A stretch of DNA of 42,777 nt from Clostridia bacterium (lineage in GTDB: Bacteria; Bacillota; Clostridia; Christensenellales; Borkfalkiaceae). Positions 9,686 to 18,000 of this stretch are shown piece after piece. The notes under the pieces are model-generated. The model saw nothing but the letters and a program-made list of their open reading frames with translations. It was not told the origin of the DNA and ran no database searches. The position numbers and the translations under genes are program-made. The stretch spans positions 1 through 42,777 of the forward strand of contig JAFQLO010000008.1 in the NCBI GenBank assembly GCA_017414525.1, in the 5' to 3' direction. The stretch's first letter is position 1. Each line of letters begins with the position of its first letter.

Positions 9686-9760
9686 TTTTTTGTGACATAG
9701 CCTAATAAAAAATGCTCGTTTGCTTAGAAAAATATTATAAAAAACACTTATTGGTAAAAG

Positions 9761-9790
9761 AAAAACCACGGAATAATCCGTGGTTTTTTT
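9761..9790. terminator. Bidirectional rho-independent terminator (DMT permease / AraC convergent pair)
   Basis: Sequence aaaaaCCACGG-aataat-CCGTGGttttttt. Confidence 0.75.
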
Positions 9791-9803
9791 GTGCTGTTTA
9801 AGA

Positions 9804-10727
9804 TTAATCTTCAAAGTCTTCAATTTTTCTTGGACCAGACTGTTCGTGTTTAGAATCTTTAAGCGGTTCAAGCTCGTGTTTTTTTGCCTTTGCCAAAGGA
9901 TTGATTGAATCCTTGTTGTTAAGCTTACGGTATTTGATTGGCGTAGTCCCGTATTTCTGCTTAAAAATCTTGTTTAGATAAGAGAGATTGTCAAGCCCTA
10001 CGAGATTGCAAATTTGTTGTAGAGAATAGTTTGTGTTCTCTAGATAGTAAGCCGCATGCGAAAGCCGAACGTCTTTCATGTAGTCGGAAATGGTAACGCC
10101 AACGTATCTCTTAAATAACCTAGAAATGTAAATGGGGGAATAGCCAAACCTAGAAATGAGAGTATTTACTTTTTTTCCAAGGTTTTCAGGGGTGGAAAGG
10201 CTTGCCAAAATCTTCTTTATCACGTCGGGATAAGAAGTGCCCTCGTCACTAGAAGTTAAGGAGTCGTGGAATTTTGACATAAACTTAGCAACTAGCTCTA
10301 ACGCGATGCACTGTTTTTTCTGAACGTTAGCTTGCTTAGAGAAGTCTGTTAAAATTCTCTCGAACTCCGTTACCTCGGTAATGGAAAGACGCACTTTCTT
10401 TTTGTGAAAATTTTCAGTAAGCAATTTTTCGTTCATAAACAGAAGTTGACAAATTCCTTCGAAGAAAGCTCTGTCTATAAGCACGTCGCGCTGAACGGAA
10501 TTTTTAATGGGTTTGAGTTCGTGGCGTGAGCCGATAGACATAAACCTCAAATCCCCCGCAGATAAAACTTCCGTCTGTTTTTGCGAGGTGTGAGAAACCG
10601 CGCCCGAAATCACGTAGAAGAACTCGTAGAAATCGTGCGAGTGGCTGTGCGCCGTGTTATTATACATTATTTGAGTTGAAATATGGGTGTCTTTCAAAAT
10701 GAAATCATGCCCTTGTAAAGTAATCAT
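9804..10727 (-). CDS. AraC/XylS-family transcriptional regulator (cupin sensor domain plus dual HTH)
   Basis: C-terminal AraC HTH (ISRLFKRYVGVTISDYMKDVRLSHAAYYLENTNYSLQQICNLVGLDNLSYLNKIFKQKYGTTP) and an N-terminal cupin-like His-rich segment (HSHSHDFYEFFYV). The start is ambiguous between ATG 10727 and GTG 10733. There is an unusual charged C-terminal tail of about 35 aa. Confidence 0.85.
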   Translation of the reverse strand: MITLQGHDFILKDTHISTQIMYNNTAHSHSHDFYEFFYVISGAVSHTSQKQTEVLSAGDLRFMSIGSRHELKPIKNSVQRDVLIDRAFFEGICQLLFMNEKLLTENFHKKKVRLSITEVTEFERILTDFSKQANVQKKQCIALELVAKFMSKFHDSLTSSDEGTSYPDVIKKILASLSTPENLGKKVNTLISRFGYSPIYISRLFKRYVGVTISDYMKDVRLSHAAYYLENTNYSLQQICNLVGLDNLSYLNKIFKQKYGTTPIKYRKLNNKDSINPLAKAKKHELEPLKDSKHEQSGPRKIEDFED

Positions 10728-10814
10728 CAGCACTATGATACCAGTTTGTGGAAAAAATTCAAGATGAAAATCGAAAGTGGTTTAAATAGCACAAAAATAA
10801 GTTAAAATAGACAA

Positions 10815-10843
10815 TTGAAATGACTGTATAAAAACTGTAAAAT
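10815..10843 (+). promoter_or_regulatory. Candidate sigma-A promoter for the ABC / giant-protein operon
   Basis: TTGAAA-17 nt-TAAAAT. This would give a leader of about 320 nt before the binding-protein start at 11164. Confidence 0.4.
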
Positions 10844-10867
10844 ATCTATGCTATAAGTGTCACTGTG

Positions 10868-10906
10868 GGGAAAATCTTCAATTTTCGAAAACGAGATTTT
10901 CGGCGG
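10868..10906 (+). promoter_or_regulatory. Nested palindrome in the operon leader / AraC divergent region
   Basis: GAAAATCT (10870-77) pairs with AGATTTTC (10894-901) around an inner TTTTCGAAAA palindrome. The flanking words GGGGAAAAT and TTTTCGGCGG resemble those of the 9546-9685 element. Confidence 0.35.
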
Positions 10907-10964
10907 TGGCGACGGATAAGCCATATATATGTAATATATATGTTCAAAGTTTAAAGGGGATTTT

Positions 10965-10985
10965 AAAGTCCAAATTTTGGACTTT
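10965..10985 (+). promoter_or_regulatory. Perfect 10-1-10 palindrome (candidate operator or leader hairpin)
   Basis: AAAGTCCAAA-T-TTTGGACTTT read directly from the sequence, followed by TTATAA. An AT-only palindrome, CATATATA-tgtaa-TATATATG, lies 23 bp upstream (10922-10942). Confidence 0.4.
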
Positions 10986-11163
10986 TATAAAGACCTCAGA
11001 CAAATGATTAAATCGCGAAATCTTCAGCGCGTTTAATATCGAGGTGCTATTAAAGCAGTTGTTTCAAAAGAGACTAAGATACGCCTACTTGTTATTTTTG
11101 ACCAAACTGCTCAAAATAAAACCTCAAAATAATAAAAAAATATTTTTAAGGAGTAACAAGAAA

Positions 11164-12972
11164 ATGAAGAAAAGACTTATTGCTATTGTTATGATGGTAG
11201 TGATGACAGTTGCATCAGCGTTTGCCTTTACTGGTTGTAAAGCCGAAGACAAGACTGATAGCAGCAACACCGTTTTGAACGTGCTTACTTTTAAAGCAGG
11301 TTACGGAACGACTTACTTAGACGCTATTAAACAAGCTTTCGAAGAAACGTTTAAGGCAGAAGGATATAAGATTAATATCTTGACGCCTAAGACCGACCTT
11401 CACGGTTCAATCGTTATTCAGGAAATCTATTCCGGAAGCACCGTTGACGTTTATATCCCTGGTAATATGAATGCCGAAGCAGCGGTTGCAGGTCAGTATA
11501 GCGATAAAGGCGATATTATTAGAGACGTAACCAATTCTGTTTTTAATAAGCCTGCAATTAAACTTGACGGAACGGAAGAGAGCCAAACTATCAAAGAAAA
11601 ACTTTCTTTCTTCTCTGAAGTTTCTGATAAGGTTATAAGTTATGACGGCAAATATTATGGAATTCCTATGACTATCGACGGTGCTGGTCTTGCTATTAAC
11701 CTCAACGTTTTAGAGGATGCAGGATATACTGAAGATGAAATCCCCGTAACTACTAACGAACTTTACGCTATCGCTGACAATATGATGGCAAACATCTCTC
11801 TCGGCGAAGCACCCTTTATCTTCTCTGCACAAGGTAACGGTTACTGCGCAGGCGTTGAACACACTTGGCTTGCTCAGTACGAAGGAATGGGCGGATATAA
11901 CGAGATTTTAGGTTTTGAAGACGCTGACGGCAATCGTTTGGATTGCGTTGTTCCTAACTGCGACGGCTCTAACTGTAACGGTCACGCTTATGACGTGTTT
12001 GAGAAAAACGGTCTTTTAGAAGTTATGGCTGCTTGCTTTGAAATGTACGATCCCTCAAAGCAGACTGTTGGTGGACCTCAAAAAGACTTTAAGGGTGTTC
12101 AGGCTGACTTCGTTCTCGGCAAAGCAGCATTCTACGGCGTATCTGCTTGGATGTACAACGAAGAATATCAAACCTATAACGAAGAAATTAAGGACGTAAC
12201 TTGGGTGCGTATCCCCGTTATCTCTGCATTAGGACCTAAGCTTGACCTCTGTAAGGCAGGTCACGTTGAAAAAACCGGCGAATGTTTCGCTACTTGCGAC
12301 GCTTGTGACGCACTTCTTTCTAAAATAGTTAAATTGACCGACGCTGGAAAGACTGCTGAAGAAATTCAAACGGAAGTTCCCGCAGCTAATATGGACGATA
12401 TCGAAAGAATTATGGAAAGCAGATACCTTGTTAAAGGTTCTGCTGGCGGAATGAGTGCTTGGATTAACGCAACCGTATCTGAAGAAAAGCAAGTTCTCGG
12501 TGAAAAGTTCTTGAGATTTATTGCAAGTGACGAAGTTGCATCTCTTATCTCTAAGCATACCAACACCGTTAACCCCTGCAACAGAAACGCTATCAGCGAC
12601 TCTAACCAGAAATGGTTGCAGAATTCATTCTCAATTTTTAACGACGAAAAAACTATTTTCTTTGAGTCTGGTGTAAGAGGATACAGACAGAAGATGGGTG
12701 TCGTTAACCTCGTTCCCCTTTACGGTAACGTTATGAGTTACGATTTCTATAACAAGCAAATTACTGCTTACGATAGAGGACAGGGCTACAAGAAGGTTGC
12801 TGACAGATCACTCTATACTGAGGCAGCAAAACTTGCTATGTACGGCGGAAAACTTACCCTTCCCGTTAGAGATAACGGCAAACTCGTAGAAGTAGACTTC
12901 GATATGGGTGCTTATAATCACGCTAAAAAGAACATTGAAACTGGCGGTTGGAAGATTCCCGAAAAAAAATAA
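11164..12972 (+). CDS. Large ABC-transporter extracellular solute-binding lipoprotein (CUT1 / LplA-like)
   Basis: The start was set to ATG 11164, after AAGGAG. Signal peptide with lipobox AFTG-C. At 602 aa the size and layout fit the oversized family-1 sugar-binding proteins that pair with LplB/LplC-type permeases. It carries two Cys-rich inserts. Confidence 0.75.
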   Translation: MKKRLIAIVMMVVMTVASAFAFTGCKAEDKTDSSNTVLNVLTFKAGYGTTYLDAIKQAFEETFKAEGYKINILTPKTDLHGSIVIQEIYSGSTVDVYIPGNMNAEAAVAGQYSDKGDIIRDVTNSVFNKPAIKLDGTEESQTIKEKLSFFSEVSDKVISYDGKYYGIPMTIDGAGLAINLNVLEDAGYTEDEIPVTTNELYAIADNMMANISLGEAPFIFSAQGNGYCAGVEHTWLAQYEGMGGYNEILGFEDADGNRLDCVVPNCDGSNCNGHAYDVFEKNGLLEVMAACFEMYDPSKQTVGGPQKDFKGVQADFVLGKAAFYGVSAWMYNEEYQTYNEEIKDVTWVRIPVISALGPKLDLCKAGHVEKTGECFATCDACDALLSKIVKLTDAGKTAEEIQTEVPAANMDDIERIMESRYLVKGSAGGMSAWINATVSEEKQVLGEKFLRFIASDEVASLISKHTNTVNPCNRNAISDSNQKWLQNSFSIFNDEKTIFFESGVRGYRQKMGVVNLVPLYGNVMSYDFYNKQITAYDRGQGYKKVADRSLYTEAAKLAMYGGKLTLPVRDNGKLVEVDFDMGAYNHAKKNIETGGWKIPEKK

Positions 12973-12990
12973 TTACTAACGAAAACCTTA

Positions 12991-13009
12991 CCGCCCGAAT
13001 TTCGGGCGG
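12991..13009 (+). other. Intercistronic GC-rich stem-loop after the binding-protein gene
   Basis: CCGCCCGAA-t-TTCGGGCGG with no U-tract. Hairpins like this typically raise the abundance of binding-protein mRNA relative to the permease genes. Confidence 0.5.
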
Positions 13010-13036
13010 TTGGGGATAAAAAATAAAGGTGAGAAA

Positions 13037-14056
13037 ATGGCAGATTTATCTAAACTTCAAGAAATTACTAGAAAAAGAAAGTGGTATGAGATAGGACATT
13101 ATTCTGCTGATGAGAAAAGATATTTCCCCGTAGTATATTTGCTCCTAATCATTCCAGTTCTTCATCTTATCGTATTTTATTTTTACGTTAACTTTTCGTC
13201 TTTTGCGCTCGCTTTCACCGATAGGTACGGCGACTTTACTTTGGGAAACTTCGAGGCTTTCTTAACAACCTTTTTCTCGGGTGGAGTTGACTCGCAAGGC
13301 GGTGGTAACCCTTCGTTATCTTTAAGAAACAGTTTGATTATTTACTGGATCGGATTTATTGTAGGTAACTCGGTCGGTTTGATAACCACTTATATGCTCA
13401 CTATGCATATCGCGGGAAGTAAATTCTTCCGTGTTTGCTTGCACGTTCCGGGTCTTATAGGCGGCGTCGTTTCCGTTTCAATTAACCAAGGTCTTTTGGC
13501 ATACGACGGACCTATTACTCAAGTAATATTTGCATTGTTCGGAAAAGATAACTTTAACTTTGCCGTTCAAGACGGAGGTTTGCTAGCGCACGAATCGACG
13601 GCGTTTTTAACACTTCTTATATGGAATCAGTGGGGCGCAATCGGTGGTGGCGGAATGGTTCTAGCCGGTGCGTTTAAGAGAATTCCACAAGAAGTATTTG
13701 AGGCTGCTAGCCTTGACGGCTGTGGATTCCTTCGTGAAACTTTCCAAATTGCAGTTCCCTGTGCTTGGCCTACCATTTCAACGAGTTTGATTTTCGGTTT
13801 CTGCGGAATGTTTACGGCTGACCTTAACTTCTATCTATATTCCGGAGGGCAGAACGCTCACGGAATGACGAGTATGGGTTCGTATCTATATAGGTATCAA
13901 GCACTTATTGCAGGTGCGATAGACGCGGGCGGTAACTACGATTGGTTGTACGGCTACGTTTCTGCGGCTGGTATGATTATAACCGCGATAACCGTTCCCT
14001 GTGCGTTCTTGGGAAGATACGTTCTTTCTAAGTTCATTGAAGACGTAAGCTTTTAA
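13037..14056 (+). CDS. ABC sugar transporter permease (MalF/LplB-like)
   Basis: The start was set to ATG 13037. Six or more hydrophobic helices and an EAA loop (EAASLDGCGFLRETFQIAVPCAWP). Confidence 0.85.
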   Translation: MADLSKLQEITRKRKWYEIGHYSADEKRYFPVVYLLLIIPVLHLIVFYFYVNFSSFALAFTDRYGDFTLGNFEAFLTTFFSGGVDSQGGGNPSLSLRNSLIIYWIGFIVGNSVGLITTYMLTMHIAGSKFFRVCLHVPGLIGGVVSVSINQGLLAYDGPITQVIFALFGKDNFNFAVQDGGLLAHESTAFLTLLIWNQWGAIGGGGMVLAGAFKRIPQEVFEAASLDGCGFLRETFQIAVPCAWPTISTSLIFGFCGMFTADLNFYLYSGGQNAHGMTSMGSYLYRYQALIAGAIDAGGNYDWLYGYVSAAGMIITAITVPCAFLGRYVLSKFIEDVSF

Positions 14057-14068
14057 GGAGGTGCTGAG

Positions 14069-14989
14069 ATGGCAGAAGTTGTTATTAGAAAACATAGTAG
14101 AATCAGATCGGCGCTTGCTAAGTGGAAGGCTAAACCCCTCTACGTTAAGGCTATATTGATCTTCTTCTTTATATTCTTTTGTTGTGAAACGTTCACTAGT
14201 TTATTCCCGTTTGCTTGGGTTATAAACAACTCGGTTAAATCGCCCGACCAGTTCGCTAAATTCGGCGCGTCGGCACTAGTTACCGATATTCATCTTGAAA
14301 ACTTTTTAAGAGTTTTCGATCCCGTTGACGGATTCGTTTCTAACGACGTTAGTTACTTCGGAATGCTCTCTAACTCTATTTGGATAACCTTCGTTTACTT
14401 AATCGTTAACATCGGTTCTAGTAGTTTGCTTGCATTCTGTTTGGCAAAATACCGTTTCCCCGGTCATAACCTCCTTTACGGACTTATGATTTTCGTTCAA
14501 ACCATTCCGATTATCGGTACTGGTGCAGCGGCGTATAAACTACTTACCGCTTTGGGCTTTATTAATAACCCCGCACTTATTTGGATGATTTGGTGTTCTG
14601 GTTTTGACTATTCGGCGTTCATTATGTACGGATATTTTAAGGGTATTTCTACCTCATATATGGAGTCTGCGAGAATCGACGGAGCAAACGAGTTCCAGAT
14701 AATTGGCAAGATAATTCTTCCTCTTGCATTCCCTTGTATGCTTGCTCTTATGATCACTAACTTCGTTGGACAGTGGAATAACTATTCAGTAGTTCAAATT
14801 AATCTCCGCGATTTCCCCAACCTTGCTTACGGTTTGTTCACTTATTCTAAGGACATTCTTCACAGCAATAACGATAAGGGAATGTATTACGCGGCACTTA
14901 TTATCACCGCGCTTCCCGGAATTATTTTGTACTCTTGTTTCCAGAAACTTATCCTTGCCAACCTCACCGTTGGTGGACTTAAAGGCTAA
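14069..14989 (+). CDS. ABC sugar transporter permease (MalG/LplC-like)
   Basis: GGAGG lies 8 nt upstream of the ATG. EAA loop ESARIDGANEFQIIGKIILPLAFP. Polytopic membrane protein. Confidence 0.85.
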   Translation: MAEVVIRKHSRIRSALAKWKAKPLYVKAILIFFFIFFCCETFTSLFPFAWVINNSVKSPDQFAKFGASALVTDIHLENFLRVFDPVDGFVSNDVSYFGMLSNSIWITFVYLIVNIGSSSLLAFCLAKYRFPGHNLLYGLMIFVQTIPIIGTGAAAYKLLTALGFINNPALIWMIWCSGFDYSAFIMYGYFKGISTSYMESARIDGANEFQIIGKIILPLAFPCMLALMITNFVGQWNNYSVVQINLRDFPNLAYGLFTYSKDILHSNNDKGMYYAALIITALPGIILYSCFQKLILANLTVGGLKG

Positions 14990-15000
14990 TAAACAAACCT

Positions 15001-15027
15001 TTCCAAGGCGGAAAACCCGCCTTGGAA
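15001..15027 (+). other. Intercistronic stem-loop between permease and giant lipoprotein gene
   Basis: TTCCAAGGCGG-aaaac-CCGCCTTGGAA: an 11-bp stem with only a weak T-tract. Confidence 0.5.
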
Positions 15028-15052
15028 GAACTCTTTTAACTAGGAGGTTTTT

Positions 15053-18000
15053 ATGAAAAAAACTAGAAAGATTTTAATTTTCGTTCTCTCCGTTATGTTT
15101 GCAATAAGCGCGTTTAGTTTCGTCGCTTGTGCACAGAAAAAAGAGGAAATGAAAATTACTACCGTTCCTCCCATCGTTCAACATTGTGTGGGGGAAAGTA
15201 TTAACCTTTACGACTATATAATCAGAGAGGCTGGTGCTACTTATACCTTCTCCGTTTCTTATAACGGTGGGGAAGCGAAAGCTCTTAATGCTAACGGTTA
15301 TTATCTCGCTGAAACTGGCGATTATACTTTTACCGTTAACGGCTCTTCCGCTACGAAAGAGGGTAGTGCAACGTTCTCACTCTCAGTCGTAGAAGTTGCA
15401 CCTACTATTTGGTATAAGACTGCTGAAATTCCTGCTTACTGGCTTGAATATACCATATTATATAAGTTGTTAGACGAAGCTGGTCCTTACACTATGCCTG
15501 TTGGCGGTGTTACCACCGAGCTTACGCACGTTTTCGTTTATCCCGCAGAGGACGATACCATAGGTTATAAAGTTGACCTTACCGGTACTCAGTCTTACGT
15601 TGAGAAGTTCAATAAAGAAACTCCCGACGATTTAACCAAGATTGAACTTACCGACGATAACATTGACGAACTTGGTTTCTACGTTAACAGAAAGAAACGT
15701 GTTGACGACACTTCTCCTATTAAGGCGGATGACGGAAAATACTACGGCGTTAAAGATATGCAGGGTATTTTTATGTACCTCATAGAAGGTCAATACGAAT
15801 TCCATTACAGATCTTATAACACTGGTGGTGAACAAAAGGCTAAGTTCTACGTTAAGTGTACTGAAAAACTTTTCGAACTCACCGAACTCGAAGGGGCACT
15901 CCAGTTCGATAGAGATACCGAAGTGGCTAGTTGGGCTCCCATTGAGGGCGCAGTTCAATATAAGGTTAAACTCCTTAATAAGAACTTCTTTACTACTGAC
16001 ACTTTCTTCGATTGTTCACAGTTAATCACTAATCCTATTATGGATTATACCATAGTCGTTCTTCCTATCGGTGAAAATCCCGAAAAGGCAAACGATTATC
16101 TCAACAACTGCAAGATGACCTATGAAACTCCTTACATAGGTAGTGAAGGCGCTGTTCAGAACGCTGATAAGTCTATCACCATTAAGGGTAACAACCCCGT
16201 TGGCGGTGACCTTTACGGACATATGGCTGCTGTTGAAAACGAATACTACGCTCTCCGTGGTAACTACGGAATCGGTAACTACATTGACGTTAAGTTTAAG
16301 GGCAACAATATGCCTACTATCGTTCTATTTGCCGACGCTATTAACAAGTCTGTTACTTGGCACGGTGGTAGAGGTATCGTAGTTATGAACGGTCTCGTTT
16401 CTTATACTGAAGGTGGCGATCTCGTTAAAAGTTACTTGGATAGAACGTATGTTTTCGGACCTAACAGAGTAAACACTCACTTTACTCATAAGCCACTTGC
16501 AGCTCTTTCGGGTAATAACACCAACCTTACCCAAAATTATTTAAAGAGCAACTCAAACACCACGTTTACTTATACCGTTGGTACTCGTATTGACTCGAGC
16601 GAGATGATTCTTCTCTCGTCAACGCTTAAAAACGCTGATACTGGCGAGGTTATTTCTACTCAAGAATATCCGCTCCACTATCAATACGATGCGTCTAAGT
16701 CAATCAAAGACATAAGTCCTACCAGATATTTGACTACTGACGACGTTAACCCTGGTAGCTTCATTCTTTTCGGCGCGTATAAAGAGAACGGTGAAGACAC
16801 TACTATCCTTTCAGTAAGCGATCCTTATTACGTTGATCCTCGTTCAACCGTGGAAAACGAAGACGGTTCGTTCACCGTAACTTCTTCTAGAGTAGTAGGT
16901 ACTGATTGGAACGCTCTTAAAACTTCTAACAGTAAGTTTGGTTACGTTCTCCAAGAAGGCAAGTTCGGTGTAAACACTTACGCTGAATACGTTTTCAAGG
17001 GCAACAATATGCCTCAAATTCTTCTCTTCGCTGATAAGATTGACGGCAACTTCACGGGTAATGGTGGCGGTAAGGGTATCCTTATCTCTAACGGTATGGT
17101 AAGTTATACCGTTGATAAGGACGGAAATTACGTTGCTACTAACGACACTGCTAGTCTTAAGATTTACGGACCTAACAGAATCGCTGGTAAGCCCGCATTC
17201 GTTAAAGAGGACAGTGCGTTCTCACAAGATAATTTAAGCAAATCTTCTTCTGCCGAATACAGAATGGTTGTAGGTACGAAGGTTGTTTATGAAGACGTTA
17301 ACACTTACACTCCCGTTAAGAAGTCTTACATCGGTAAAGACGGATTTATGGAAGAAGTAGTTTACGTCGTTCTCGAACTCTATAACAACAAGACTGGACG
17401 TTTAATCGAAAAGATTGAAACTCCCGTTCAGTCAAATGAAAACAATTACGATAAACTCGCTAGAAATAAGTTCGTTACCACTCAGGATATAACTGCTGGT
17501 AGCATCGTTGCATTCGCTGGTATTAAGGGCGTTGACGCAACTGGTAAGGCTCTTACCACTACTTTCTTCTGCTCAAAAGCACCTGAAACGATTGCGCCTT
17601 CTACCTCTGGTCACGTTCACGACTTTACTAACTACAACAACGACGGAACTTATCACTGGTTCGAATGTACTTGTGGTGCTAAATGCACGAAGGGTACTTG
17701 CGTAGGCGGAACTGCAACTTGTAGCGAACTCGCAGTTTGTGACGTTTGTGGCAAGGGTCACGGCGAATTGCTCCCACACGTAGGTGGAACTGCAACTTGT
17801 ACTGAAAAGGCAGTTTGTACCGCTTGTGGTCAGTCTTACGGATACTTCGGTCACGTATTTAACGCTGAAACGGCTAACGTTCAGTCTAACGACGATTACC
17901 ACTGGTTCACTTGTGATAAGTGTGGCGTTGTAACCGAGCAGATGGTTCACGTTGGTGGCGAAGCAACTTACGAAGACAGGGCAGAGTGTGAAATTTGTGG

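Noticed and set aside
9447-9871. Minus-strand ORFs 9447..9698 and 9683..9871 in the DMT/AraC intergenic region
   Set aside because: They overlap the 3' end of the permease gene, the inverted-repeat element and the terminator. They show no ribosome-binding site and no recognisable motif.
11044-11163. N-terminal extensions suggested by the ORF track (11044, 13010, 6030, 24006, 24220, 28613, 35951, 37467)
   Set aside because: Each extension lacks a ribosome-binding site or starts at a non-ATG codon. In every case an internal start sits 6-11 nt after a GGAGG-like site and begins a proper signal peptide or matches the paralogue's N-terminus. The 35951 start is actually the -35 box of a promoter.
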